Shown: positions 1-9,754, counted from the first letter of the stretch. The stretch: DNA of 32,000 nt from Akkermansia muciniphila ATCC BAA-835 (GCF_000020225.1 NC_010655.1:1650001-1682000); one strand, 5' to 3'. The notes: generated from the letters alone by a model not told the origin. Numbers and translations are program-made.

Positions 1-1
1 C

Positions 2-1966
2 GCGGACGTGTATCCGGCGCCCGGTTCCAAAAGGGTGGATGCGGAGGACGGGACCCTTCAGGAGGCGATTGCCTTCCGCGTGATTGCCGATCATCTGCGC
101 ACGCTCAGTTTTTCCATTGCGGACGGCATTCTGCCGGGCAACAATGGCCGTAATTACGTGCTGCGCCGCATTCTGCGCCGTGCCGTGCGCTATGGGCGCC
201 GCCTGGGCTTTACCCAGCCGTTTTTGGCGGAACTGGTGGATACGCTGGTGGAGTCCTTCGGACAGGTGTTCCCGGAACTGGCCGCCCGCGCCACTACCGT
301 GAAGGAGGTTTTGAACCGTGAAGAGGCCAGTTTTAATGAGACGCTGGACCGCGGCCTGGAATTGTTTGACGCGGAAACGGCTTCCGCCGGAAAGGTGAGC
401 GGCGAGTTCGCCTTCAAGCTGTATGATACGTACGGGTTCCCCATTGACCTGACCGCCCTGCTGGCGGAGGAACGCGGCCTGGATATTGATATGGAGCGGT
501 TCAACAGGCTGATGGAGGAACAGCGGGAACGCGCCCGGGCCGCCCGCAAGAGCGAGGTGGTGCGCGCCCTGGATTTGAAGACGGACGCCGTGACGGAGTT
601 TACGGGGTACGATGTGGACGAATGCGCCGCTACGGTGCTGGAAGTGAGCCGCCAGGGGGATTCCCTGTTCATCATCACGGACAAGACTCCGTTTTACGCG
701 GAAATGGGCGGGCAGGTGTCCGATGCCGGGTTGATTGAAATCGGCGGGGAAAGCTACCATGTGATGGCCGTCCAGCAGATAGGGAATGCCCGAGCCCATG
801 TGGTGGAGGCCCGTCCCGGGCTGGAGGTGAAGCCCGGCGACCGCGTGCATTTGAGCATTGACGCGGAACGCCGCCGCCGCATTGAGGCGCATCACACCGC
901 CACGCATCTTCTTCACTGCGCTCTGCATCAGGTGGTCAGCCCGGATGCGGCCCAGCAGGGGTCCTTTGTTTCGGAAGACCGGCTGCGCTTTGACTTTAAC
1001 AGCAGCGCCGTTTCTCCGGACCAGCTCCGCCTGATTGAAGAGAAGGTGAACGGCTGGATTGAGGAGTCTCTTCCCGTGCACTGCACGGAACGCGCTTATG
1101 CGGACGTGAAGGGCAATGCCGCGATTGCCCAGTTCTTCGGCGACAAGTACGGGGATGTGGTGCGCGTGGTTCAGGTGGGCGGATGCAGGGATGGGCTGGA
1201 CGGGGTTTCCATGGAATTCTGCGGCGGAACTCATATTGCCAATACGAAGAATATCGGCCTGTTCAAGATTAAGAGCGAGGGTGCCATCGCTTCCGGCGTG
1301 CGCCGCATTGAGGCGATGACTGGGGACGCTGCTCTGGAAATGATACGGCAGCATGTTGTTGCCAAGAGCCTGGAAATCGCCAAGGCGGTGGAGAAGATCA
1401 AGGAAGTTAATTACGAGTTGGCGGACATGGGGCTGGAACAGGTGCCTGTCCCCACGATTGAAGGCAAGCCGGGGCTGACGGCCCTGGGGGCTTCCGATAT
1501 CCGGACGGTAAATGATTCCCTGGCGCGTTTCGACGCCTCCGTGGAGCATTTCAAACAGACGGCTCTGGATGCGGAGAAGAAGCTTAAAAAAGCCCGCGCC
1601 GGGCAGTCCGCCGCCAAGGCAGACGCCCTGCTGAATGAGTGGCTTTCCGATGCGCCTTCTTCCCTGATCCAGGTGGCGGAGGGCGCCGGGGAATTGCTTC
1701 AGGAACTGCTGAACGGGTTGAAAAAGCGCCAGTATGCGGGCGCCGCCTTCCTGCTGTGCGTGGACAGTTCTTCCTTGCTCCTGGGCGCTTATTGTGGCAA
1801 AGATGCCATTGCGGACGGATTGTCCGCCGGAGATATGATCCGCGAGGTTGCCGCTCTTGCCGGAGGCAAGGGAGGCGGCCGTGCGGATCAGGCCCGCGGT
1901 TCCGCTCCGCAGGATGCCGATCCTCAGGCCCTGGCTGCCGCCGCCCGCAATATTATTAACGGATAA
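2..1966 (+). CDS. alaS: alanine--tRNA ligase, C-terminal ~650 aa (5' end lies upstream of the window)
   Basis: The reading frame is open from the window edge. The translation carries the editing-domain motifs HHTATHLLH and CGGTHI and a C-terminal GGKGGGRADQARG (DHHA1-type) segment. The stop codon is at 1964-1966. Confidence 0.95.
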   Translation, partial: ADVYPAPGSKRVDAEDGTLQEAIAFRVIADHLRTLSFSIADGILPGNNGRNYVLRRILRRAVRYGRRLGFTQPFLAELVDTLVESFGQVFPELAARATTVKEVLNREEASFNETLDRGLELFDAETASAGKVSGEFAFKLYDTYGFPIDLTALLAEERGLDIDMERFNRLMEEQRERARAARKSEVVRALDLKTDAVTEFTGYDVDECAATVLEVSRQGDSLFIITDKTPFYAEMGGQVSDAGLIEIGGESYHVMAVQQIGNARAHVVEARPGLEVKPGDRVHLSIDAERRRRIEAHHTATHLLHCALHQVVSPDAAQQGSFVSEDRLRFDFNSSAVSPDQLRLIEEKVNGWIEESLPVHCTERAYADVKGNAAIAQFFGDKYGDVVRVVQVGGCRDGLDGVSMEFCGGTHIANTKNIGLFKIKSEGAIASGVRRIEAMTGDAALEMIRQHVVAKSLEIAKAVEKIKEVNYELADMGLEQVPVPTIEGKPGLTALGASDIRTVNDSLARFDASVEHFKQTALDAEKKLKKARAGQSAAKADALLNEWLSDAPSSLIQVAEGAGELLQELLNGLKKRQYAGAAFLLCVDSSSLLLGAYCGKDAIADGLSAGDMIREVAALAGGKGGGRADQARGSAPQDADPQALAAAARNIING

Positions 1967-1998
1967 ACCCCTTACCTGGGCCCTATCGGACACCAATC

Positions 1999-2823
1999 AT
2001 GGATAAGAAGATTTTCCCGGACGAACCTGAGATTCCCATTTTGCCTAATTTGTTTACGGCAGGGAACCTGGTGTGCGGTTTTTTCGCCATTCTGACGATT
2101 TTTGAGGGAATCAACCAGGCGGACAGCGACGCTGTGGCTGCTTTTTCCTATTATCAGAATGCCACTTTTTTAATCTTCGCGGCATGTTTGTTTGACTTGT
2201 TTGACGGCCGTATTGCCCGCATGCGCGGGCAGGACGGCCCGTTCGGGCGGGAATTCGATTCTCTGGCGGATATTGTCTCCTTCGGCATTGCCCCGGCGCT
2301 GCTGGTAGCCAAGGCCGTCCTGTTCCAGCTGTCCCCTCCGGAGGTGGGTTGGGGCATCGGCATCCTGTATCTGCTGTGCGCCGCGCTGCGCCTGGCGCGG
2401 TTTAATTGCATGGCGGCCGCTCCCCGGAAGGAAGGCCAGAGCAGCGATTTTGTGGGTCTGCCCGTTCCGATGGCGGCGGGAGCCGTGGTCTCCACCATGT
2501 ACCTGGTGATGTATCTGGCAGGCAGGGTTCCGGACGGGGCCATGGACCTGGGCGTCTTCAAATACGTGATTGCGCTGGCAATGGCGGGAGTCTCCATTCT
2601 GATGATGAGCCGGGTGGTCTATCCCAGCTTCAAGCATATCAACATGCGCACGCGGGGGACGATGTACGCGATTGTGTTCATCGTGCTGGCGGTCATCTGC
2701 ATTTTCAAATTCCCGTGGGTGATGCCCGCAGTCATTTTTTCCATTTATCTGCTTTACGGGCTGGTGCGGCCCTGGGTGGCCCGCCGCTGGCGGAACAGGC
2801 TGGAAGCCCGTGATGGAGAATAG
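1999..2823 (+). CDS. pssA: CDP-diacylglycerol--serine O-phosphatidyltransferase (CDP-alcohol phosphatidyltransferase family)
   Basis: ATG at 1999. The translation contains the CDP-alcohol phosphatidyltransferase signature DGRIARMRGQDGPFGREFDSLADIVSFG (D-G-x2-A-R-x8-G-x3-D-x3-D). The protein is hydrophobic with multiple predicted membrane spans. It starts 32 nt after alaS. Confidence 0.9.
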   Translation: MDKKIFPDEPEIPILPNLFTAGNLVCGFFAILTIFEGINQADSDAVAAFSYYQNATFLIFAACLFDLFDGRIARMRGQDGPFGREFDSLADIVSFGIAPALLVAKAVLFQLSPPEVGWGIGILYLLCAALRLARFNCMAAAPRKEGQSSDFVGLPVPMAAGAVVSTMYLVMYLAGRVPDGAMDLGVFKYVIALAMAGVSILMMSRVVYPSFKHINMRTRGTMYAIVFIVLAVICIFKFPWVMPAVIFSIYLLYGLVRPWVARRWRNRLEARDGE

Positions 2824-2906
2824 GAAGACTTTCAGAAAACTGTTCCTGCCTCTTCTTTGAACAGACCATGCTGCGCCGGATTGGTGCCGGGCGGCGGTGT
2901 CTCCGC

Positions 2907-2945
2907 AGCCCGGTTCCGGGAATGTCCCTGGGTCCGGCTTTTTTA
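2907..2945 (+). terminator. putative intrinsic terminator downstream of pssA
   Basis: The sequence AGCCCGGTTCCGGGAATGTCCCTGGGTCCGGCT has AGCC/GGCT outer, CGG/CCG middle and GGGA/TCCC inner pairings. It is followed directly by a T run (TTTTTT). The stem is imperfect. Confidence 0.4.
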
Positions 2946-3093
2946 AGGGCGGGAACGCAGCCCTCCCTTTCAGGACCGTCCGCAATTTTCCTGCGCGGAG
3001 CGTGCGCCGGACCGGACGGGGGATAAAGATTTGGCGTCCGGAGGAAAGACGGAGAAGGAGGGAAGGGGGGGAATCGTGCCGAAGGACCGGAGC

Positions 3094-3609
3094 TTATTTG
3101 TTTTTCTTTTTAAAATCGTCCGCAAAGGGGTCTTTTTCCGGGGCGGTGGGCACGGCGTGCGTTTCAATATCCTTGGTGCTCTTGACCAGCGTGATGCATA
3201 CGGGCTTGCTGCGGTTGCCCATGGCGTCATAAGTGTAAAGGAAGCGGCGCACGAGTTCCTTGGTGCGGGAATCGAACATTTGCTCTTCTCTCAGGTTGGC
3301 GTTGCCGTCGTAGCCGTAACGCACGAAAAAGAGTTCGTTTTTCTGCCCGTCAAAGATCAGGCAGGAGCGCAGCTCTCCAAAAGGCCCTCTTTTGTACAGG
3401 GTTACGGAAACGAGGACATTGCGGATGTTGTAAGTGGTTTTTTTCATCCCTTTGCCGTCCCCTGTTTTTTCAAAGTAGCTGCGGGAACCGTCTTCATGTT
3501 TGACCATGCGGGAAGAAGCTGTCTGGACATTGAAATCGTCCTGGCCGGCGGCCAGGGCTCCGGACGTCATGAGCAGGGGGATGAAGAGAAGCAGGGGCGT
3601 TGTTTTCAT
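3094..3609 (-). CDS. hypothetical secreted protein (171 aa)
   Basis: This is an ATG-initiated ORF with an N-terminal signal-peptide-like segment MKTTPLLLFIPLLMTSGALAAGQ. I recognise no family motif in it. The antisense ORFs overlapping it are low-complexity shadows. Confidence 0.6.
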   Translation of the reverse strand: MKTTPLLLFIPLLMTSGALAAGQDDFNVQTASSRMVKHEDGSRSYFEKTGDGKGMKKTTYNIRNVLVSVTLYKRGPFGELRSCLIFDGQKNELFFVRYGYDGNANLREEQMFDSRTKELVRRFLYTYDAMGNRSKPVCITLVKSTKDIETHAVPTAPEKDPFADDFKKKNK

Positions 3610-3632
3610 GGTGAAAAAAGAGTTTCTGACTT

Positions 3633-3661
3633 ATTAAAGTGATGTATAGTGGCTTTGACAA
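3633..3661 (-). promoter_or_regulatory. possible sigma-70-type promoter for the 3094-3609 gene
   Basis: On the minus strand the sequence reads TTGTCA-N17-TTTAAT. It ends about 24 nt upstream of the ATG at 3609. This is sequence match only. Confidence 0.35.
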
Positions 3662-3673
3662 GAACGTAATTAG

Positions 3674-4513
3674 ATGAACTGGCTTGTAAGGAGAGACGTA
3701 TTGGAGGTGGCGCGCGGAGGCGTGCTGATGGGAATTGTGAACGTTACTCCGGATTCCTTTTCCGACGGAGGGCGTTTTTATGCGACGGAACGCGCTGTCT
3801 CCCATGCAAAAGAGCTTGAACGGCAGGGCGCCCTTATTCTGGACATTGGGGGGGAGTCCACCAGGCCGGGGGCCGCGGAGGTTTCCGCGGAGGAGGAATT
3901 GGACAGGGTGCTGCCCGTGGTGCGGGAACTCCGTTCATGCACGGATGCCGTGATTTCCGTGGACACGCGCCATGCCGCCGTAGCGGCGGCTGTGCTGGAA
4001 GCGGGTGCGGACGTCATTAATGATATTTCCGGATTGCGGGAGGCGGGGATGGCGGAATTGTGCGCTGCGGCGCGCTGCGGCGTGGTGGCGATGCACATGC
4101 AGGGACGGCCTGAAACCATGCAGGACGCTCCTTCTTATGGGGATGTGGTGCGGGAAGTGCGCGGCTATTTTGAGGAACGTTATGATTTTCTGCTGGGGCG
4201 GGGGCTGGAACCGGAGCAGATCTGCTGGGATCCCGGCATCGGCTTTGGCAAAACGGCGGAACACAATCTGGCCCTGCTGTCCAACATGGACAAGCTTCAG
4301 GTGGCAGGCCGCCCGGTGCTGCTGGGCCTTTCCCGCAAGCGCATGCTGGGCGCCGTCCTGGGGGATGCGGAGCAGGGACGCGCGCCGCTGAGCACCGCCG
4401 TGATGACGGTGTGGGGGCATTTGCACGGCGCGCAGATTCACCGTGTCCATGACGTGGCGGAATGCGCCCGCGCCCTCCGGCTGATCCGGGCCGCTGAACC
4501 GTTTGTCCGCTGA
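3674..4513 (+). CDS. folP: dihydropteroate synthase
   Basis: The translation contains the DHPS motifs GIVNVTPDSFSDGG, DIGGESTRPG, SVDT, INDISG, WDPGIGFGK and GLSRKRM. The ATG is at 3674. Confidence 0.93.
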   Translation: MNWLVRRDVLEVARGGVLMGIVNVTPDSFSDGGRFYATERAVSHAKELERQGALILDIGGESTRPGAAEVSAEEELDRVLPVVRELRSCTDAVISVDTRHAAVAAAVLEAGADVINDISGLREAGMAELCAAARCGVVAMHMQGRPETMQDAPSYGDVVREVRGYFEERYDFLLGRGLEPEQICWDPGIGFGKTAEHNLALLSNMDKLQVAGRPVLLGLSRKRMLGAVLGDAEQGRAPLSTAVMTVWGHLHGAQIHRVHDVAECARALRLIRAAEPFVR

Positions 4514-4520
4514 TTGAGCC

Positions 4521-7112
4521 ATGGAATCCGCTTCTTCCCGTCCGGTATTGACGTCCCTGGCGTCCATTGCATTTTCCCTGGCGGTGGTGTTCCTTTTTCT
4601 GGCGGTACGGGGGATCTGGCCTTTCGGAGGCCGCTTCCTGGAGTATATGGATAACGGGCAGCTGGTTTATCCTACCTTGAAGTATTATGCCTCCGCCCTG
4701 ATGTCCGGAGCGTTTGACGGAGCTTTTTTTTATGATGTCAATGGAGGCGCGGGAATCCGGGTGAGCCCTACGCTGCCGCATCAGCTGCTGATCCCCTCCA
4801 CCTGGATTGCCGTGGCGATGGGGGATTCCTTCCTGTTGAAGGACATGGTCTGGGTGATGCTGGCGGATGTGGCCTGCATCTGCGTGACGGCTTCCTGGTT
4901 CCTGAGACGCGTGTTTCCCTCCCTGCCCGTATGCTGGACCGTGCTGCTGACGGCGGGTTATGCCGTGGGGGGCTTTTTCCAAACCAAGTACGGGTTCATG
5001 CAGTTCCTGGACCATGCCGCCATGTTCCCCCTGTTTGCCCTGGGCCTTTACCGGCTGGTGAACGGGGGAAGGGGCTGGCTGTATGCCGCCGGCCTCTTCC
5101 TGCTGGCTACCTCCCTGTACAGCGCTTTCATGGCCGTCGTCACCGGCTGGCTGTTCGCGTGGGCCTTTACGCTGCCCCTGAAGGGGACGCGGGAACGCCG
5201 CGTGCGCCTGGCCCGCGTGTTCTGGTACACGGCGGCGGTAACGCTGGCCACTTGTTATTACTGGCTGCCGATGGCGGAAATGAGCCGGGATTCCATGCGT
5301 TCCCTGTTTATGACGCCGCCCACGTTTTTTGAATTGTCATGGCCGTTTGACCCTCCCAAATTCCTGGAACGCCTTTACGCCTGTTTGCCGGGGATGTCAT
5401 TTGCCGCTCTGGCGGCGGTTTATCTGGCTTGCGGGAAGAAGGCGTCCCCGGCGCCGGACAGAGGGAGGCGCCTGTTTATCCTTCTTCTGGCGGCGTCCGT
5501 TTTGCCCGCGTTTGTCGAACCCATCCACCGCGCCGCCCATTTATGGAGCTACGTGGATTTTCCCGTCCGGTTCGGTTTTATTCCCAATCTGGCGGTAATG
5601 TCGTTCTGCGCCTGGATTTTGTCCGGCGGCAGGCTTCCGGGGCCGGCAGGACGGCCATGGGGGTGGGGATGGAGCCTGGGGTTTCCCATAGCGGCTTTTT
5701 TCTTTTCCCTGTTTGTCCTGAAGATGACGGCTGCGGATCTTGCGGTGCGTCTTCTGCCTTTGCTGTTTTTTGCATGCGCATGGCTGTGCTGGAGGCATGT
5801 GGAGGGCAAAAGGCTGGCGTGGTCCATCGCTTCCGTGATGATGCTGGGGCTGCCCATAGGGGCTGCCGCGTTCTGGAGGCAGGGGGAGGAGGAGAAAGCC
5901 TCCGTCCAGGCGCTCAATGCGGAATGGCTGGCGCGCGGCATGAAGGGGTATTCAGGCTTGCTGCGCGTGAAGGACAGGGATCGCCTGATGGTGGAAAACG
6001 CGGATTGCCTGGGGCCTGTCCCGGGCATTGGCAATTTCCGGCATACGACGAGCATCGGTCATTTCCGTTTTCTGAAAAACCTGGGGTACCGGGATGAATT
6101 CACGCGCACGTACAGCCAGGGAGGCACTCTGTTTTCCGATTTGCTGCTGGGCCACGGTTTTGTGCTGGCGTCCCGGCCCATGGAGGGAATGGAGTGCGTG
6201 CTTTCCCGGGAAGGCATGTATTTATACAGGCTTCCGGGCGCCCGCTGGGGGCTGGTGGTTCCCCAGGGCGCGCTGGGGCTGCGTCTGGATGGGAACGCTG
6301 ATGTGTTCAGCAATCTTAATGCCCTGCACGCCGCGCTCTGCCCATCGGCGGAAGGCCCCCTTTATGAGGCCGTAATAGTGAGGACGGAGATGAGCGGCCC
6401 CTTTTACCGGGCGGGCATTCCGGAATATCCCGGTGCGGTGTACGGGTTCCCGCAGACGGATACGGCGGAACTCCGTATCAATGGATGTGCGGTGCCCGTC
6501 ATGGCGGAGGCGCAGAAGACATCCGGAGGAACGAGCCGCACCTATAACGGGGTTTTGGAATTGAAGCGTGCGGCCGTTGCCGGGGAAACTGTGGTGGAGG
6601 GGAGGATGCTGCGGACCGTGGAGACGCCCCTTCTGGCGGCTGCGGCGCGTACGCCGGAGCAGGATGTTCCGGTTCTGGGGAAAGAGCAGGATAAGTACGG
6701 GATGGAGGCGAAAGGAAGCGGTGGCCATGTGGAGGTGGCGCTGAATGCCGGGGAAGGGGAGGCTCTCATGGTGCCGGTCGTGTATGACCGGGGATGGAGA
6801 GCCCGGCGGAACGGGATGGAGGCGCCTGTGGAAAAGGTGGGGGAATTGATGGCGGTGCGCCTTCTGAAAGGGCAAAACCGGGTGGTGTTTGATTATTATC
6901 CGCCTTTATTGAAAGGGTCCCTGCTGTTTTCCTCCGGCGCGGCCGCCGTCTTCCTGCTGTATGCATGGTGGGCGCGGCGGCATCCGGAATCCACGCTCAG
7001 GAGGATTGTTCTGGCCTGCGGATACAGGCTGTTTCAGTGCTGCGCCGCCGTGGTGCTGGCGGCTGTTTATATGGGGTCAATCGTGTTGTTTATCGTGCAG
7101 TCCGTGTTGTGA
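4521..7112 (+). CDS. YfhO-family polytopic membrane protein (GT-C-like glycosyltransferase candidate)
   Basis: The product is 863 aa with many hydrophobic spans in the N-terminal ~450 aa. The N-terminal segment GIWPFGGRFLEYMDNGQLVYPTL resembles the conserved YfhO N-terminus. It also has a large soluble domain and one C-terminal span. The family assignment is made from memory of the family pattern. Confidence 0.7.
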   Translation: MESASSRPVLTSLASIAFSLAVVFLFLAVRGIWPFGGRFLEYMDNGQLVYPTLKYYASALMSGAFDGAFFYDVNGGAGIRVSPTLPHQLLIPSTWIAVAMGDSFLLKDMVWVMLADVACICVTASWFLRRVFPSLPVCWTVLLTAGYAVGGFFQTKYGFMQFLDHAAMFPLFALGLYRLVNGGRGWLYAAGLFLLATSLYSAFMAVVTGWLFAWAFTLPLKGTRERRVRLARVFWYTAAVTLATCYYWLPMAEMSRDSMRSLFMTPPTFFELSWPFDPPKFLERLYACLPGMSFAALAAVYLACGKKASPAPDRGRRLFILLLAASVLPAFVEPIHRAAHLWSYVDFPVRFGFIPNLAVMSFCAWILSGGRLPGPAGRPWGWGWSLGFPIAAFFFSLFVLKMTAADLAVRLLPLLFFACAWLCWRHVEGKRLAWSIASVMMLGLPIGAAAFWRQGEEEKASVQALNAEWLARGMKGYSGLLRVKDRDRLMVENADCLGPVPGIGNFRHTTSIGHFRFLKNLGYRDEFTRTYSQGGTLFSDLLLGHGFVLASRPMEGMECVLSREGMYLYRLPGARWGLVVPQGALGLRLDGNADVFSNLNALHAALCPSAEGPLYEAVIVRTEMSGPFYRAGIPEYPGAVYGFPQTDTAELRINGCAVPVMAEAQKTSGGTSRTYNGVLELKRAAVAGETVVEGRMLRTVETPLLAAAARTPEQDVPVLGKEQDKYGMEAKGSGGHVEVALNAGEGEALMVPVVYDRGWRARRNGMEAPVEKVGELMAVRLLKGQNRVVFDYYPPLLKGSLLFSSGAAAVFLLYAWWARRHPESTLRRIVLACGYRLFQCCAAVVLAAVYMGSIVLFIVQSVL

Positions 7113-7183
7113 AGGAATCCCCGGAAGGCGGGGAAATAGGCCAGGGACTGCGTGCGGGGGGATGCTGGCGTGGAACAATATCC

Positions 7184-7209
7184 GCGGGGCGGTACCGCTC
7201 CCGTTTTTC
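7184..7209 (+). terminator. putative intrinsic terminator after the YfhO-family gene
   Basis: GCGGGGCGGTACCGCTCCCG contains the palindrome GCGGTACCGC with flanking GGG/CCC pairing. It is followed by TTTTT. Confidence 0.5.
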
Positions 7210-7254
7210 CGGTTACCGGATTGGCGGGAAAAGGCTTTCCGTTTTGAAGGATTG

Positions 7255-7282
7255 TTGACAGGGGAATCTGGCGCGGTAGAGT
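7255..7282 (+). promoter_or_regulatory. possible sigma-70-type promoter for ispG (TTGACA-N16-TAGAGT)
   Basis: A consensus -35 TTGACA lies at 7255-7260. After a 16-nt spacer there is a TAGAGT -10 at 7277-7282. The -10 ends 6 nt before the ispG ATG at 7289, which would imply a leaderless or near-leaderless mRNA. Confidence 0.4.
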
Positions 7283-7288
7283 GGTTTC

Positions 7289-9046
7289 ATGCAGTCTTCC
7301 TATTGTCCGAGTCCTTATCGATATACGCGCCGCGTAACCCGTGAAGTCATGGTGGGGAATGTGGGGGTGGGCGGATCCAATCCCATCCGGATCCAGTCCA
7401 TGCTGACGTCCGATACGCGGGATACGGATGCCTGCGTGAAGGAGGCTTTGGAGCTGGCGGAGGCAGGGTGCGAGATTATCCGCCTGACCGCCCAGACCAA
7501 GGCGTATGCCGCCAATTTGGAGAATATTGCCCGGGAATTGCGCGCTGCCGGCTGCCATGTGCCTCTGGTGGCCGATATCCACTTCAAGCCGGATGCCGCG
7601 ATGGAGGCTGCCAAATGGGTGGAGAAGATTCGTATTAATCCGGGCAATTTCGTTGATAAGAAGAAGTTTGAAGTGCGGGAGTATTCCGACGCCGAATACC
7701 GCGAGGAGCTGGACCGCCTGAAGGAAGAATTTACGCCCCTGGTTCTGTTTTGCCGGGAGCATGGCCGCGCGATGCGCATCGGTTCCAACCATGGCTCCCT
7801 GTCCGACCGCATTCTGAACCGCTTTGGCGATACGCCGGAGGGGATGGTGGAGAGCGCGATTGAGTTTGCCCAGATTGCCCGCGACCTGGATTACCATTCC
7901 CTGGTGTTTTCCATGAAGGCTTCCAACGTCAAGGTGATGGTGGCCGCTTACCGATTGCTGGTGGAGCGCATGAACGCCCTGGGGCCGGATTGGAATTATC
8001 CCATTCATCTGGGGGTGACGGAAGCCGGGGGCGGAGAGGACGGCCGCATCAAGAGCGCCGTGGGCATCGGCTCCCTGCTGACGGACGGCATTGGTGATAC
8101 CCTGCGCGTTTCCCTGACGGAGGACGCTGTGAGGGAGGTGCCCGTGGCTTACCGCCTGTCCAATCCTTTCCAGCCGTCGGAGCGTTCCGATGACCCGGTT
8201 TCCTTCCCTGAACCGGAGTTGAGCTATGATCCCCTGAAGTTTTCCAAAAGGCAGGGTGGGCTGGCGATGTATTATGGCGTACGCCTGGGCTGGGAACAGC
8301 CTGTGCGCGTGGCGGTTCCTGACGCCGGGTTTTACGCCCTGCAGACAGAACGGGAGGCGATGGGGGACATGATGCCTGAATTATCCCTGGGGCAGCTGGA
8401 TGCCATTGAGGTGGATCCCCGGTGCGATGCCGATCTGGAGCCGTTGAAGGAGCTGGCGGAACCGTCTATTGTTACTGTGAAGAACGGGCTGGCTATGGAG
8501 CCTGTATATGCGTTCCGCCTTCTGGCTGCCCGTATTGAGGACAGGCATCTGATCCTGCTGAAGGATACGCTGGTGCCCGGTTCCGTTTCCGGGGAAGACG
8601 TGCCGCTGACGGCTGCCCGCAATATCGGCTCCCTGCTGTGCGACGGGATTGGAGACGCCGTGCTGATTCAGGGCGAGTCGGACCCCCGTTTGGCTTCTTT
8701 CCTGGGATTCAATATTTTGCAGGCTACGGGAACGAGGCTGACGCGGGCGGATTACGTTTCCTGCCCGTCCTGCGGGCGTACCCTGTACAATATCCAGGAG
8801 GCGACGGCCCGCATCCGGAAAGCCACGGAACATCTGAAAGGGGTGAAGATTGCCGTGATGGGATGTATTGTGAATGGCCCCGGCGAGATGGCGGATGCGG
8901 ATTTCGGTTATGTGGGCGGCGCGCCGAACAAGATCAACCTGTATGTGAAGCATACGCCTGTGAAGTTCAATATTCCCCAGGAGGAGGCTGTGGAACGGCT
9001 GGTGGATCTGATCAAGGAGTATGGGCGGTGGGTGGACCCCAAGTGA
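7289..9046 (+). CDS. ispG: 4-hydroxy-3-methylbut-2-en-1-yl diphosphate synthase, long form with inserted domain
   Basis: The translation shows VGNVGVGGSNPIRIQSM, RINPGN and IGSNHGSL in the TIM-barrel part. The [4Fe-4S] domain motifs CPSCGRT and GCIVNGPGE are present. At 585 aa it exceeds the ~370 aa enterobacterial form, consistent with the long insert-containing IspG class. Confidence 0.95.
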   Translation: MQSSYCPSPYRYTRRVTREVMVGNVGVGGSNPIRIQSMLTSDTRDTDACVKEALELAEAGCEIIRLTAQTKAYAANLENIARELRAAGCHVPLVADIHFKPDAAMEAAKWVEKIRINPGNFVDKKKFEVREYSDAEYREELDRLKEEFTPLVLFCREHGRAMRIGSNHGSLSDRILNRFGDTPEGMVESAIEFAQIARDLDYHSLVFSMKASNVKVMVAAYRLLVERMNALGPDWNYPIHLGVTEAGGGEDGRIKSAVGIGSLLTDGIGDTLRVSLTEDAVREVPVAYRLSNPFQPSERSDDPVSFPEPELSYDPLKFSKRQGGLAMYYGVRLGWEQPVRVAVPDAGFYALQTEREAMGDMMPELSLGQLDAIEVDPRCDADLEPLKELAEPSIVTVKNGLAMEPVYAFRLLAARIEDRHLILLKDTLVPGSVSGEDVPLTAARNIGSLLCDGIGDAVLIQGESDPRLASFLGFNILQATGTRLTRADYVSCPSCGRTLYNIQEATARIRKATEHLKGVKIAVMGCIVNGPGEMADADFGYVGGAPNKINLYVKHTPVKFNIPQEEAVERLVDLIKEYGRWVDPK

Positions 9047-9073
9047 GGTTTTAACGTTGAGGGAACTTTTTTG

Positions 9074-9724
9074 ATGCGGAGAGTGTTCATCAGCGGCGGT
9101 CACGGCGGTTTGGCGCGGGCCATCGTGGAATGTTTTTCCGCTGCGGGATGGGAGACGGATGCCCCGAGCCATGCCGTACTGGATGTGGGAGACCGTTCCG
9201 CCGTACGCCGCTGGTTTGATTGCCATGCCGCGTATGATTTGGCGGTTTGCGCCGCCGGAATTACCAGGGACAGGCCGTTCCTGAAGCAGACGGAGGAGGA
9301 GTGGGACGAGGTAATGAATGTGAATGTGACGGGAGCCGCCTGGTGCGGCCGATGCGCCGCCGCCGCCATGGTGCGGGAGAAGAGGGAGGGGCAGGTGGTG
9401 ATGATCGGTTCTTATGCGGCGCTCCGTCCGGCTTCGTCCCAGGCGGCTTATGCCGCTTCCAAGGCTGCTCTGGCGGGCCTGGTGAAAAGCCTGGCGCGGG
9501 AATGGGGAAAGGATGGGATTCGCGTGAATCTGGTGTTGCCGGGGTTCATGCTGACGGAGATGACGGCCGTGCTGCGGGATAGCGTGAAAGAGGCGGCTTT
9601 GTCCCGGCATGTTTTGAGCCGGTTGAATACGCCGGAACAGGCTGCGGCGTTTATCCTGTTTTTACAGGATGTTCTTACGGCGGCTTCCGGCCAGGTGTTC
9701 GATCTGGACAGCAGGATTGTTTAA
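9074..9724 (+). CDS. short-chain dehydrogenase/reductase (FabG-like, compact 216 aa)
   Basis: The ATG is at 9074; the ORF-track start at 9071 is TTG. The translation has the Rossmann motif ISGGHGGLARAI, NVNVTGA, the catalytic YAASKAAL (YxxxK) and PGFMLTEM. It lies 27 nt downstream of ispG. Confidence 0.8.
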   Translation: MRRVFISGGHGGLARAIVECFSAAGWETDAPSHAVLDVGDRSAVRRWFDCHAAYDLAVCAAGITRDRPFLKQTEEEWDEVMNVNVTGAAWCGRCAAAAMVREKREGQVVMIGSYAALRPASSQAAYAASKAALAGLVKSLAREWGKDGIRVNLVLPGFMLTEMTAVLRDSVKEAALSRHVLSRLNTPEQAAAFILFLQDVLTAASGQVFDLDSRIV

Positions 9725-9733
9725 TAATGGACA

Positions 9734-9754
9734 GCGGATTTATTATCCGCGTTC
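9734..9754. repeat. site 1A: GCGGA-TTTATTA-TCCGC plus GTTC; left arm of an inverted pair
   Basis: Positions 9735-9754 (CGGATTTATTATCCGCGTTC) are the exact reverse complement of 9990-10009. The site is itself a palindrome with an asymmetric centre. Confidence 0.85.

Noticed and set aside
2170-2985. Long antisense or alternative-frame ORFs across the window, for example 2170-2985(-), 4017-5015(-), 7067-8008(-), 8381-9610(-), 22400-23713(-), 24608-25474(-), 29256-30458(-) and 30970-31839(-).
   Set aside because: Each lies entirely opposite or inside a gene with strong family motifs. Their translations are Arg/Pro/Gly/His-rich and low-complexity, which is typical of shadow ORFs in GC-rich DNA. 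None has a recognisable motif.
9734-9750. The GCGGA-N7-TCCGC hairpins acting as intrinsic terminators.
   Set aside because: The stems are only 5-8 bp and lack a following T tract. Five of the six sites lie at 5' rather than 3' ends of genes. The pairwise matching of loop sequences and flanks is not explained by terminator function. Site 9734 lies 10 nt after the SDR stop, so a weak terminator role for that one cannot be excluded.
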